In this document: positions 39,996 to 53,492 of the stretch, piece by piece | Layout of the letters: the number at the start of each line of letters is the position of its first letter | Numbering within the stretch: the first letter of the stretch is position 1 | DNA from: Octopus vulgaris | Taxonomy: Eukaryota | DNA: 64,000 nt | Direction of reading: 5' to 3' | NCBI GenBank assembly: GCA_951406725.2 | Contig: OX597843.1 | Span: 1,178,001 to 1,242,000 of the forward strand | The notes under the pieces: generated by a model | Databases searched by the model: none | What the model was told of the DNA's origin: nothing | What the model saw: the letters and a program-made list of their open reading frames with translations, nothing else | Made by a program: the position numbers and the translations under genes

Positions 39996-40940
39996 CTGTG
40001 AGGCATATACACACACACATATATATATCTGTATTTGTAAAAGATTGTGCTAGATAGCGAACAGGTTTGCTGTTTTGCTGCTTTTATTATATCAGAAATG
40101 CATGATGTGTGAATGAAAATTGTGTGCCTAAAACAGTCTCCTATTCCTCCAAATTGAATGAAATACCTGTAATATGCTAGGAAGATCTAGTTTGGCAACA
40201 TGCTCTTTTCACATGACAATAAAGGGTGTCATGAAGTATCTATCGCCTTATTGCAGGTTAGTTCGTCGTGATATAATTCCTGAAAAGTTATTGTGTAAAA
40301 TGTTTGTAAATGTATTGTACAGTAAACTGTAGGCATAGGGGCCACAATATTACATTTTAATACATTTATTAATAGTTCCCAAGAAAAATACCAAATTTAA
40401 GGTGTACCTCTTTGGAATATTTTGAAAAAGATTTGTCAAAAACGTGTCATGAATGTAAAAGGGTGGTGAGTGGTCATTTATCATATCAAGCAGGACCTAC
40501 ATACTGGTTTGGGTCTAAGTCGGAATGTAAAGCATGGCAGTATAAGATGTGTTTTAGGTGGTAATATCTGCATATTCCACCTGTGACTTCATCTTTGCAG
40601 GAGTTCTAAGCACTACATTTTCTAATATGTCCATTCTTTATTCAAGGCAATTTGAAGGTTACTTGGTTGTTATTTCTAGAGACCATATAGAAGAGGTTCC
40701 TTGATCACACACACTGTGGTAGCTCTCAATTATGTTCCAGGTTATGGCTAACTACATTCCTTAAATCCTTAAAAATGTTTTAGCCCGAAGGCCGCGGCCA
40801 TGCTGGGGCACCACCGCTGAGATTAGTTTTTAACATCTATGACTACTAGGAATTGTAACTCGCGCTGTAAATTCCTCTGGTGGGTAATTCCATGCTCACT
40901 TCACTGGATGGTAATATTATATGGAGTGTATATTTCCCAT

Positions 40941-41091
40941 AATTATAACAGTAGAGAATATGAAGACTGATACATCCTCAAAATTTATTTCCTTTTATTT
41001 TACAATGTCATGCAACATATTTTTATGGTTATGACAAAAGAAAATAAAGTTTTGAGGATGTACCAGGCTCCATATTCTCTATTGTTATAAC
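40941..41091. repeat. Imperfect inverted repeat (~55-bp arms)
   Basis: ttataacagtagagaatatg...tacatcctcaaaatttattt versus aaataaagttttgaggatgta...catattctctattgttataa. Confidence 0.8.
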
Positions 41092-42514
41092 TATTGCACG
41101 TGCAAACACACACACACAGAATCTGGTATTGAATATAATTGTCTTTTAGAAGTTGGTTATTGTTGTCTTAGTACTTATTTAGCTAAGAGTTTAACCATTG
41201 CCATGTTTTTCTGGGCTTTTAAAAAAAATTTTGGCTAAATTGTATTTGGGTTTGTAAATAGTATTTTCTTTACAATCCTCTCAAATCAAATTTGAAATAA
41301 TTTTGGGAAAAAGAGTATCTTTAGTTAATCCCCATTGTATAAAATATAGGACTGAATAGTTTTTTCTTTTTAAAATTTATTTATATGTAAAGGGTATGTT
41401 TATACTGTACTAATTTTCAAATTTTCTCTTTCTCAGGCTGGTTTGTGCCCACCTTTTCCTACTCAGTGTTGCGTCTAGCCTCCCAGGCAAAGCCGACCAC
41501 TTTTGAAACCAGTTCTTCACACAGTTCTAATTACCCCTTCTCCCTTCATTGTCACAAGCCAGGCTAGTTTAACCCTTCCCTCTCACCACTGTAAACCAGA
41601 CCATTCCTGGAAGGCCTGATGGCCAGATTCCCCTTGTTGTTTGTAACAGCATTATCTGCGGCTCTCTTTCTACCACTGTGTTCAAATCTTGTTTTTTTAA
41701 ACTCCAGGTTAGCCTTGACACAGCAGACCTATGACAAAAGGTGTTCCAGCTGCAATTATTCCATGTTTTGGTATATTGGGGGCTACATAATACATTGCAT
41801 ACATTATTTTTTTAAGACAGAAGAGCGCGATATCAGAGATTTCACTGCTATTTCTAGCAGGTCGATTGATAAGTGTAGTATGGTGTTAGCAATAAAATAG
41901 GAGTTAAGAATTAAAACTAGGACCCTGTCTTTTATGGATTAAGGCCAAGCAATCTTTTTTTCTTTTCAGTTGTAGTTAATATTCTGTGGTTGCAAAGTTG
42001 GTAAGTCTTAGCCTTATATGTTCTGAGTTGAAATCCTGCCGAGGTAACCTTTGCCTTTCATCTTTTTTTGGTTCAGTAAAATGAAGTACCAGTCAAGTAC
42101 TGGGGGGTTCAGTGTAATTGACCCCCCCCCCCAAATCGCCTGAAAAATTGCTGACCTTATGGCATAATTAGAATTATGGCAAAACACTTAACTTTACTGC
42201 TATTCCTTTCCCTATTTAACTCTTAAAAGATGACAGTCCTACACATAAAACTGTCCTGTGTCACCCAATATAGACACACTGTAGGGCTTTAGTTCTAGCT
42301 GGGTTTTGAACTAGAGGAATTTTGACAGTATGTCTTGATACTTCTGAAGCTCTCATTAAAACTGTTTCAATTTTTATAAAAAAAAAAACCCCAAAACACC
42401 CCCCACTTCTTAATGCATGGTTAAATCACCATCGTATATTGTTGCTTCTTTGTCTTCCCTCTCTCTTTTGGTGGTTTTTGCTCTACTAATGGCACCCAAA
42501 TTCTTGCTTTTCAG

Positions 42515-42574
42515 ACGTCGGAGGAGCCGAAGTTCTAGCCGCAGCCGGAGTACAAGTCCTGTAAAGCACCGAAG
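42515..42574 (+). CDS. Internal coding exon (60 nt, phase 2 to 2) encoding an Arg/Ser-rich segment
   Basis: Branch-like TACTAAT at ~42484, acceptor ttgcttttcag|A, donor AAG|GTAGGT. GC/CpG-rich against the background. Reads (R)RRRSRSSSRSRSTSPVKHR. Confidence 0.8.
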
Positions 42575-43190
42575 GTAGGTGAATTTTGTCCTTTTATTGG
42601 CTGGCTTTTTGTTGTCTGATATTCGAGTCTGTGTGTGTCACCAGCAAGGTAACCAGATCTCCACCCCCATCTCTTTTTTTTTTTGTTTTGCTTCATCAAC
42701 CATGCACACTCTCCTTTTCTCTCTATTTCTCTACTTCTTTCTGAGAGAGGAGAGGAGATTGAGAGAAAACTCACGATGTGTATGTGTACATGTGTTGATA
42801 TATTGTGTGTTTGTTTTCAAAATATCTGTATATTACTTAAATTGATTAGAGGACAAAAATGAAGAATAGGAAAAAAAAAAAGATTTCACTAATTGGTGAA
42901 TGTTAAGACATTTTGTCTTGTTTGTTTCATTGTCCTCTCAGGTGTAATTCTACCATTTATTATTTTTTTGATACAATCTGAATATCATATCGATGCCGTA
43001 CTAGTATCTACACCGAATTGCCCTGTTCGGTGTATGCATGTATAAAACCATCATACCAAATAATTCGGGCATTTAAAAAAATTTTTTTTATCAACATTTA
43101 TTATATGAAAGCTGTACCAGTGTCTATATTGGATTGCTATGTTTGGTATGTGCGGGTGTATGTTCTTATTTATTATACATATCACCAACA

Positions 43191-43606
43191 AGGCGGCGAA
43201 CTGGCAGAAACGTTAGCATGCCGGGCGAAATGCGTAGCCGTATTTCGTCTGCCGTTACGTTCTGGGTTCAAATTCCGCTGAGGTCGACTCTGCCTTTCAT
43301 CCTTTCGGGTTCAATAAATTAAGTACCAGTTACGCACTGGGGTCGATGTAATCGACTTAATCCCTTTGTCTGTCCTTGTTTGTCCCCTGTGTGTTTAGCC
43401 TCTTGTGGGCAGTAAAGAAATAGGTATTTCGTCTGTCTTTACGTTCTGAGTTCAAATTCCGCCGAGGTCGGCTCTGCCTTTCATCCTTTCGGGGTCGATA
43501 AATTAAGTACCAGTTACGCACTGGGGTCGATGTAATCGACTTAATCCGTTTGTCTGTCCTTGTTTGTCCCCTATGTGTTTAGCCCCTTGTGGGTAGTAAA
43601 GAAATA
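43191..43606 (+). mobile_element. Family C SINE with tandemly duplicated body and tail
   Basis: gtatttcgtctg... unit at ~43240 and ~43424; a single 17-bp TSD tatacatatcaccaaca (43174-43190 / 43607-43623). Confidence 0.9.
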
Positions 43607-44298
43607 TATACATATCACCAACACACCTAGTAATTGATATATAATATTTGTTCCAAATATATTTCTTCTGTGCATTATATTTCCTGTTTTCTTGTACTCT
43701 TGTAACGAAAGATTATCTAAATTTCTGTTTGAATTGCTTGTTACTTTGCCAAGACCTGTTAACAGTTGCAATGATAGTGAGTAGAGAGTGTCTTGATATA
43801 TGAAAATATGCATTCTCACTGCCAATAAGGTAGATGGGCGTGTATTTGTAATATATATATGTATATATATATAAATATAATGTGTGTGTGTGTTTATATA
43901 TAGTATGTTACTATCCACCCCCTTGCTAGAATCTTGAACTTAGAGAATAACCTTCAAAGAAACTGGAAGATTTTGTGGCTTTCCTTATATGCTAGCTGGC
44001 TTCTTGTAAAATACTTTGTCTTCTGGTTATTTAAATACTTTTCTCTATGTGTGTGTGTGTGTGTCTTTCTCTTGGCTGCTGTGGGTATTTGTAGTTCATT
44101 GGTGCAGGTGTGGCTGTGTGATCGAGAAGCTTGCCTCTCAACCATGTAATTTCAGGTTCAGTTGCTTTGCATGACACCTTGGACAAGTGTCTTCCACCAA
44201 CAGCCTTGAGCTGACCAGAGACTTGAAATGAATTTGGTTGACAGACACTGATAAACGCCTGCTGTATGTATGTGTGTGTATATTGTGTATGTATATAC

Positions 44299-44347
<49 letters not shown>

Positions 44348-44349
<2 letters not shown>

Positions 44350-44613
44350 AGGTGCAATGGCCCAGTGGTTAGGGCAGCAGACTCGCGGGCGTTGTGTTTA
44401 TTGAGCGAAAACACCTAAAAGCTCCACGAGGCTCCGGCAGGGGGCGGTAATCCCTGCTGTACTCTTTCACCACTCTTTCTTCCACTCTTTCTTCTGTTGG
44501 CCTGCTCGCTTAGCCAGCGGGGTGGCGTCATTCGAAGGCTAAAACAATGCGAATGCATTGTGACCAGCGATGTGTAACTACATCTGATGGACTGGTCGGT
44601 CACATGACGTGAT
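44348..44613 (+). mobile_element. Family A SINE, RTE-tail variant, inserted in (TA)n
   Basis: GGAGGTGCAATGGCCCAGTGGTTAGGGC head; tail tgtgaccagcgatg...ctgatggactggtcggtcacatgacgtgat. Confidence 0.9.
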
Positions 44614-44619
44614 ATATAT

Positions 44620-44656
<37 letters not shown>

Positions 44657-45424
44657 TGCATGTATTTATATGTGTGTTTGTGTGTATCCTTATGCAAGTT
44701 GTAAATGACCATCAGCATCATAAAGATGCTGTTGCTTGTTTTCAGTCTTCCATGGAAAACATTTGAGATATTTAGTATAAATATTGAATTTTCTTTTGGA
44801 GTAATTTTTTTGGGGTTTCAATATTGTAACTGGTTTCAGCACAGAAATAGAGGCCATTGGGGTTAACATGCAGATTAATAAATCTCAGCATCAATATGTA
44901 GGCTCTGTGAAGCCCAAATCTTGTAATTCCCCAATCTTCCTGCTTATTTAATGTGTTCTATCATTGCATGCCGAGGTCATATACAGGAGTTTCTGAAGAG
45001 GATTGAGAAGGTCACGACAGTTAAACGTAGATAGCTAACTGCAGGCCTATTGTTGCCTATGAAGGTCTTTTTTGTCCCCCCCCCTCCACCACCACCATGT
45101 AGCACCTTGGGCCTGAGTCCTGTACTATAACCTCATGTTGAACAAAGCCTTGTGAGTGGATTTGGTAGACAGAAACTGAAAGAAGCTTGTTTGTAGGTGT
45201 GTGTCCCCCCCTTGTCTAGACATCATGTGATAGTTGCACATGAGTGTTACTGTCATACAAACAGTATCATTCATTTTCAATGTTCTGTGAAAACAAATCG
45301 GGTCTTTGGGAAAGATCACCTTACTTGGAAAGAAGTGAGTGTTGGTTATTGGAAGGAAATTCGTCCAGAGGAAAAATCTGCTTCATTTTATTCCATCTGA
45401 CCTGTGCAAACAAGGGTAAAAGGA

Positions 45425-45719
45425 TAAAGATCCCCTTCAGTCATGGGATTGCACCTAGAAAGTTCCCCTTCAGGGCACAAGTCTGAATGAGGTCGTTTAT
45501 GGAACACCAGCCACCCATCCTCTCCCCATGCCATTGATGTTGTCCAAGAGAGAAGCAAAGGCCGATACAGTTTGGCACCAGTGACATCACAACTCATTTT
45601 TACAGCTGAGTGAACTGGAGTCATGTGAAATAGTGTTGTGCTCAATAACACAACACACAGCCTGGTCTGGGAATCGAACTCACCACCTCATGATTGTGAG
45701 TCTGATGCTCAAACCACTG
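45425..45719 (-). mobile_element. Family E SINE
   Basis: Homologous to 205-400, with a longer tail. Confidence 0.75.
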
Positions 45720-45779
45720 TGTACAGATGTTATAGCACTTTACCACTTTGATTAAGAAAGGAAGCATTGGGTAATGTAA

Positions 45780-45990
45780 GCACCATCCGACCGTGGCCGT
45801 TTGCCAGCCTCGTCTGGCACGTAAAAAGCACCCACTACACTCATGGAGTGGTTGGCGTTAGGAAGGGCATCCAGCCGTAGAAACATTGCCAGATCAGACT
45901 GGGCCTGGTGCAGCCTTCTGGCTTCCCAGACCCCAGTTGAACTGTCCAACCCATGCTAGCATGGAAAGCGGACGCTAAATGATGATGATG
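45780..45990 (+). mobile_element. Family D element
   Basis: Ends ggacgctaaatgatgatgatg. Confidence 0.85.
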
Positions 45991-46516
45991 TCCAAAAAGG
46001 AGCACTCCACCCATGAGATTGCCAGCATTAGATCATCTTTCCACCTAAGGCTAAACAATCATTCTGCCCAAGTGTCTTATTTCTTCTAAAAGATGTGAAA
46101 ATTCTTATCCTTTACTTATGTAGCTGTGTGTAGGTGAGAGCATACTTTTGATTGCTTGTGTAGCAGTTAATCTATAGAGATGCCAGTTAGCTGAAGTTGT
46201 ATATCAGCTGTGTGGCAAAGCCAATGAGATAGCATGTTTCCAAAACCCCTTACCTATACTGTTGCTGAGAAAATATCTGCACTGGTGCATGTGTTTGCAG
46301 AGATATTCTACTGCAATTGTCTATGATAAAGGAAACACTTCAACTAATCTGGTGATTGCACATGCGTACACACACACTGATTTTAGAAAGCTAATGTAAT
46401 TGGGAATAGATTAAATGTATACAACAGCATTTACCAGTTTTGTCAGCTAAATGAACACCTAAAAGTGAGAAACTTAAGTGACAGTGAATCATCAGCTTAA
46501 AAAAGAAAATGTTTGT

Positions 46517-46563
46517 ATATATATATATATATATACACACATATATATATACATATACACATA

Positions 46564-46597
<34 letters not shown>

Positions 46598-46612
46598 CAC
46601 ATATATATATAC

Positions 46613-46645
<33 letters not shown>

Positions 46646-46691
46646 CACATATATATATACACATATATATATATATATACACATATATATA
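46517..46691. repeat. Compound (TA)n/(CA) microsatellite
   Basis: ~175 bp of TA repeats punctuated by CA; it generates the YI-rich ORFs. Confidence 0.95.
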
Positions 46692-46846
46692 TTGAAAACA
46701 AAACAAATTTATAAAATATTTAATTATACTCTTTCATTAACAAAGAATAATCATTAATTATATCATGTAATTTACATAATATAACTAATGATTATTCTTT
46801 GTTAATGAAAGACAGTGTAATTAAATATATACATATATGTGTGTGT

Positions 46847-47128
46847 GGAGGCACAATGGCCCCGTGGTTAGGGCAGTGGACTCGCGGTTTCGATTCCCAG
46901 ATCGGGCGTTGTGAGTGTTTATTGAGTGAAAACACCCAAAGCTCCACGAGGTTCCGGTAGGGGGTGGTGGCGATCCCTGCCGTACTCTTTCGCCGCAACT
47001 TTCTCTCACTCTTTCTCCTGTTGGCCTGCCTGCTTAGCCAGTAGGGTGGCATCATTTGAAGGCTAAAAAAACAATATATTGCGCATTGTGACCAGCGATG
47101 TGTAGCAACATCTGATAGCCTGGTCGGT

Positions 47129-47136
<8 letters not shown>
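46847..47136 (+). mobile_element. Family A SINE, RTE-tail variant, followed by (TA)n
   Basis: Same head and tail as 44348. Confidence 0.9.
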
Positions 47137-47187
<51 letters not shown>

Positions 47188-47820
47188 TCCTTTGACCTAT
47201 CCAAGTGTAGAATTTAACCAAATGATATGTGGATTATAAGTTGAGTCCTCGGTCTTCCCACTTAAGACATGGGGAATATACATGGAGTTCTAAATACTGG
47301 TTATTTGTCACATAATTTTACTTTGTGTGTTTTATTTTAAAGATTATTTTGTCTGTAACCTCTGTTGTTACCTAGCACCAGATCAGTCCTTGATCACATA
47401 ATCTTATGATTAAAATCGGTTCCAGCCATGTACAACATCTTTTCTTGTTTCTGGTGTTTCTTTTCTTTTTAAGATTTGTGGTGTGTGTGTGTGTGTAGGG
47501 ATTATCATTTGAAGGTGATATGGGTGCTATTTTACCATGGTGCTCTACCATGGCCACAGTCAAATGGCTGAAACAATAGAATAAATAGCTTTTACTTTCG
47601 AATTGATTTCTGTGATAGGGTAGGAAGCCCTGACGTCTTTTTGAGTTTGGGCGAGTTGTTTAATAACATGATAGAAAAGGAAACTGTGTTGCATTGTCTA
47701 TTTACAGTATTATATGTGCTAGGGTTTGACTGGACATATATTCAAATTGTTCTGGGTTTAATCCCACTGAATGGGATTTGGGGTTAGTGAATTTTATCAA
47801 ATGACTGAGACCAACTGGAA

Positions 47821-48140
47821 ATCATCATCATTTAGCGTCTGTTTTCCATGCTAGCATGGGTTGGACGGTTTAACTGGGGTCTGTGAAGCTGGAAGGCTTC
47901 ATCAGGCCCAGTCAGATTTGGCAGTGTTTCTACGGCTGGATGCCCTTCCTAACACCAACCACTCCGTGAGTGTAGTGGGTGCTTTTTACGTGCCACCTGC
48001 ACAGGTGCCAGACAGAGCTGGCAAACGACCACGAACAGATGGTGTTTTTACGTGCTACCGGCACGGGGGCCAGGCGAGGCTGGCAACGGACACGAGCGGA
48101 TAATGCTTTTACGTGCCAACGGCATGGGGGCCAGGCGTGT
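47821..48140 (-). mobile_element. Family D element
   Basis: Same terminus and internal modules as 15308. Confidence 0.85.
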
Positions 48141-48205
48141 TTGTGCACAAGTGTGCAGCTCACCTGCCTCCAGCTACAAAAATGTTTGTCCCTCTCAAAA
48201 CAATA

Positions 48206-48421
48206 TGAGGAAGTGCTGAAAAGTTCCTGACTTTAAGGGTATTGTGAAAGTCTTGGTTGGGAGGCCTAACCTTCCAACTTCTTTTACAGGGCTTAGAAAA
48301 ATTGAATGACTGCCAAAATGTATGTGGATCTGAGAGAGGAGAATGTGGAATAAAGTCATAATTAACTGATCCTCTTGTATTTTCTTTTATCCAGAGCCAG
48401 GAACTTTTCAGCACCTCCTCA
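48206..48421. mobile_element. Tc1/mariner-type MITE
   Basis: TA|TGAGGAAGTGCTGAAAAGTTCCTG ... CAGGAACTTTTCAGCACCTCCTCA|TA. Confidence 0.85.
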
Positions 48422-50381
48422 TATTTTGTTCATTCCTTGGAGAACATGGGTAGATTTATGCATAAATGTTGGGTTATAGTGGGAGGAAGCTTTAAAGGTT
48501 GTTTTGTTAAGAAATATATTATTAAAACATTTGAAGTATGTTTTTTTGTGTATCTATTGTTTGAAACAGTAATCATGGGAAATCCAGTCAGAAGTTATTT
48601 AAATATCAGATTATATTTCATCTTGTGAAGTTCTATATATTTTTAATTTAGTTACTAGACTAGTAAATAATCTCGTTATGCTTAAGTTTGAAAGTTGATT
48701 GGCCTACTAGAAAGAAAAGCAGTCTCCCTGAAATAACACCCTGTCATATTAAAAAGTGAAGGATGCTGAGTAATGTAGTCTAAGATGCATATTTCTGAAA
48801 GACAAGGAAAAAAAAAAGTATTGGATGGTCCTTAATGGAAAGTCTTTTCATCATAGGTCTGTGGATTTAGAGCTGACCTAGATTTAAACAACTTGCCATC
48901 ATTTCCTTTCATTGCTCTGGGTTCAAACCCCGCCATATTTCAGAATCAACCCGACTTTCCATCTTGTTGGTGTGAAAACTATCCAATATATCGATCTACC
49001 CTCATCTGGAATTTTATCTACCCCCACCTATCTCCAGTCAAAATAACCCAATATGTTCCTGCTGCTATCTAGCTAGAGTGAAAGTTATCCAGCTTAACTA
49101 TTCCACTTTCAAATTTTCTGTCAAAACAATTCAACTTACTTGTCCCCTCTATCTCCTTAGTAAACTGGTCTTGTGCCTAATCAGTAGAAATTGTTGAAGA
49201 TATTGATAATCATTGGGGAAAAAAACCAAAAAAAAACTAAGCCCCAGGTAAAGTCAGCAATACCAGAACAGCTGTGATACCCCCTGAAGACATTGTCTTG
49301 CCTCTTTGTAGGTTTGTTGGACGAGAGTGGGGGAGCTATAGAATATTGAATTAGAAGATGTGGGGTGCATATTCTTGCTGAACTACTGTTTACTATGTAC
49401 AATAATTGATAGCTACAATAATTATTGACTATATTATTCTAGCTGTTGTGTTTGAAATAATCTGTTGGAAGGATTAGCTGTTAATTCCCTAATGTGCTGA
49501 GCAAGGCTTAGTATCTCAATTTTACACACACACACACACACACACTTTTGCCCTCGAGCAAGTTCTCTGTTTGTAAATATTTGCCACAAGGAAGCAAAGG
49601 TTGTTTTCTGTTTGTTTTCTTTTTTTGGAACTATTCCAGCGACTACTTTAAGTATTCAATTAGATGTCTTAATGAAATGACATTAATTAAGAATGTGTTG
49701 TTGTTGTTCGGTTGACAAGGCTGGTCTGGGCTTGTAATTAAGTCATTGTATTATTGATGGCCTGCTCAATATGCTGCATGTGTATTTGAGATGTTGAAGG
49801 TGGTTTGGTGAGTCGGGGTTGGTGAGGTTATTTCTCATTGGTTTTCAACAGATGAGAATATAACTGGCAGTTGCTGACATGTTAAAGTTAAATTAATTAC
49901 TATGCATACATAATTAAAATGTAGCCTAAGTGATCAAGGAGTGGGTTGGGAAATATGCAATCCTTTTTTTTTCTTCTTTTCTCTTTTCTAATACTGTTAT
50001 GTAATATGTGATGAAACACTGGTAAATACTGGACTAACAACTGCATGCTTACCTAATAACAATTGCAGAAACATCAGTCCATTGCTATTGTACATAACTG
50101 CTAAATGACACTTTGGCAACATGTTGCAGTAACACAAATTTTATATATTTTAAGATCATGATTACTATTTTTATTGTTAATCTCATTTCTAACAACGAAA
50201 CTGTGTTTTTAAAAGTTTATTATTGTTTTCTGCACAATGTTTACATTTATACTTCATTCTGATTGACCTTTATCAAATCAGTATAAACATAGTGTTAGTG
50301 GAAATTGTCTCCAAAATCTGGAAAATAATTAACTTGATTAAAAAAGCAACTTATTTCAAGCATTTAGATATGATACCTTAA

Positions 50382-50602
50382 CCCTTTCGTTACTGTATTT
50401 ATTTTGAGATGATCTGTGTTTCTCCCAATTATTTTAAATATAACAAAGAATTTAGTAAAATAACTTAGTTATCATTAAGCTAGTGTTAGGAACATAAATT
50501 GTGATTAAGGTTTGGTGGAAGATTTTAATTCAGAACTTATGAAAACAAGACATTTGTACTACAGAGCCAGAGCCGGTTTCAGCCGGGTTGGTAACGAAAG
50601 GG
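50382..50602. mobile_element. piggyBac-type MITE
   Basis: TTAA TSD and CCCTTTCGTTAC TIR. Confidence 0.9.
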
Positions 50603-52071
50603 TTAAGTAGGTTTTAATAATTAATCGAAGGTGTGGGAGCTTTCAAGCCTCTCTGTTTCAAGTTTAACAAAGTTACTTTTTGTGATGATATTTCTTATGA
50701 AACACACTGCCCCTGTGTTAAAATTAGTTTTGAAAATAAAAATTTAAAGGAATTTAGTAAAATAACCAACTTTGGAATATAATGGAAAAACTTTTTAACT
50801 GAAATATGAATACTTTCAAATGCATGGTTTTGTAAGAGTTGAATACATTTTAGCGGGTTATAAGAATGCGAGAAACTGGGGGCTGTTGTTAGTAAAAAGT
50901 AGATAATGTGAGGAGGTAATGTGGTAGGCACTTCAGAAAACGAGAACCAAGACATGGCAGTGTGGTTAAAAAGTTAGTTGTACTGCAATGTTGTTTTAGG
51001 TTCGACCCTGTTGCGTGACATTTTGGGCAGGTGCCCTTCTTCACCTCATTGCCTTGGGTTGATGAAAGCTTTGTGAGTGACATTTCGAAGACACAGGCTG
51101 TGTGAAAATGTATTGGACAGCTGTCATCTAGCGTAGCACCACCACATGCATCCTGAGTACTTTCACTGGAGTTAACTCTGCTGTAAACACTTGGAGCCAG
51201 GCTACCTCTAACACACACACACATTTTAACTTACTTTCTCTCTCTCTCTCTCTACAACAGTATTGAAGCTACATATATATTTTATAATCTTCAAGTGAAC
51301 AACATTCAACAAGTATTTCATGTCTATTTTCTCAGCTAATCCAGAGGTTAGCTTTGCTGGCTCCCCATATCAATCTTTACTTTCCCCTGTTCTTTACATT
51401 TTCCCTCACCAACCTTTCCCTTTTCTTTATCTCCTCCTCCATCACTTTCAGCATTATCTTGTTCAAGAAAGATATAACTTAAGCTGGTGAAGGAGTGCAG
51501 AGGATAAGGCAAGGTGGAGAAGACCACACTTGCAGATATCTAAAAATCTTCCTAATTGTTCTGGTAAAAGATAAAATAGATTTGTTATGAAAGAGTTCTT
51601 GGTGGTGGTGCTTCTTCAGGTTTTGCCAGTTTGGATCTGAAGTCCACCACATCACTGTGTGTTGCAGCTACGCAAAATATAAAAGTGTTTATCACATGCT
51701 ATTGTGAACTGTAGCATCATATGTTGTAGGTTTTCAATCAGCCAATTGCTGGTTGTTGATTGAACTTCTATTAAGAGTGTCAAGGGAGTGTTTGTGTAAC
51801 TTGGACAAAACAAATAGCACAAAGTATTTTTGCTTGAACATGACAGTTGAGTTTCTCTATCACGGGTGATATACACACATGTAATGATGGGCTTCTAAGC
51901 AGTTTTCATCTAATACGTTCCACTTTGAGGTGTTGGTCAATTGGATGATGGCAGAAGATTTTAGACATGTAGACTGAACATGGGACTTAGTTGTGAGGCA
52001 AATTTCTTAAGTACAACTACATGGTCATGTCTGGAGACTGGGTTCAGAGACAATGTCTCTACTTGAGCAGT

Positions 52072-52810
52072 TATCATCATCATTTAGCATCTGCTTTCCA
52101 TGTTGGCATGGGTTAGCTGGTTTGACTGAAACTGGTAAGCCAGAGAGCTGCACCAAGCTCCAGTCGGTTTTGGCATGGTTTCTACAGCTGGATGCCTTTC
52201 CTAGCACCAGTTACTTCGAGAGTGTAATGGGTGCCTTTTATGTACCACTGGCATGGGTACCAGTTACGTGACACCAATTTTGACCACAACTACAATTTGA
52301 ATTGGCTTGATGAGTTTTCTCTAACTTGGCATGTGTGAGTTGAAATCCAAGCATGTTATCACACTGGTGCAACAGCAAAATATTGATATCTTGCATTGAC
52401 AAAAAATTTCCAATCATAGCTTACCATATAAAAAACCCCCAAAAAACAAAGAAGACAAAACAAAAAATATTAGCTACAGTTGCAGTTTTAGATACACTTA
52501 TCATCATTGTTTAACATCCGCCTTCCATGCTGGCATGGGTGGAATGGTTGCACAAGAGCCGACCAGGCAGAAGCCTGCACCAGACTTCTATGACTGTTTT
52601 GGCAGGATTTTTACAGCTGGTTGCCCTTCCTAACACCAACCACTCAGCAGATGGACTTACTGCTTTTTACGTGGCACAAATGCAGGCGGGGGTCAATTTT
52701 TGCAAGGTTTTTACAGCTGGATGCCCTTCTGAACACCAACCACTTTACAGTGTGGACTAGGTGCTTTTAAGTGTCACCTGCACTGACAGGGCCACCAAGT
52801 TCTTGCAAGA
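52072..52810 (-). mobile_element. Two older family D elements
   Basis: (CAT)n termini at ~52075 and ~52500. Confidence 0.65.
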
Positions 52811-53296
52811 CAAAAAAAAAAACTTTCAAAAAGGGAGGGGGCATTGGAGGAGGTGATCTTGTGTCGGATGATGAAAGGTTATAGTGAGATAGAAATAGAT
52901 GTCTTGCTGTACAAGGTTACCCAGCCAGAGAGAGAGAGAGAGATAGGGAGACAGCAGGATAGAGATGGTAGCAAAATGCCAGGCATACTCACAAGGAAAG
53001 GGGATCAGAATATAAATGGGATGGCTGAGTAAAGGAAAAGAGAGAGTTATAGACGGTTGCAAGTGCCAGGTTCGAATGTGGCAGGATATTGCAAAGAGTG
53101 CGAGTAAGTGGCAAAAAACCTGGGTATATATGGAGTTGAAGTGGGGCCTACCAGATAGCAAAGATATTATTTTTTTTGTAACCCTTAATGAATATTAAGG
53201 TAAGATTTATTGGTTGTTATCAATATTTCATGTGACTGTCCTTGTATTTTTTCTCAATTTTCTACAATGAAAATTATTAACATTGACAGTTTAGAG

Positions 53297-53492
53297 CAGT
53301 GCTTTTCAAACTTTTTGCTGGAGCGAAACCCCAAGGAAACATTCCACTGGCTCTAGGAACCCCTGTACAATAATTTAATAGTCTTACGCACACATATCTG
53401 CACAGGAGACTTTAAAATTACTGCCGATTTTAGCAGTTTTGTAACTTCTTGCGGAAACCTAAGGTTCTGCGGAACCCTGGTTGAAAACCCTG
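53297..53492. mobile_element. hAT (Charlie-like) MITE
   Basis: TIR CAGTGCTTTTCAA / TTGAAAACCCTG; TSD gtttagag/gtttagac. An inverted copy lies at 62447. Confidence 0.85.

Noticed and set aside
46391-46757. YIYI/IHI-rich ORFs (also at 1210, 17016, 33202)
   Set aside because: Translations of TA/CA microsatellites.
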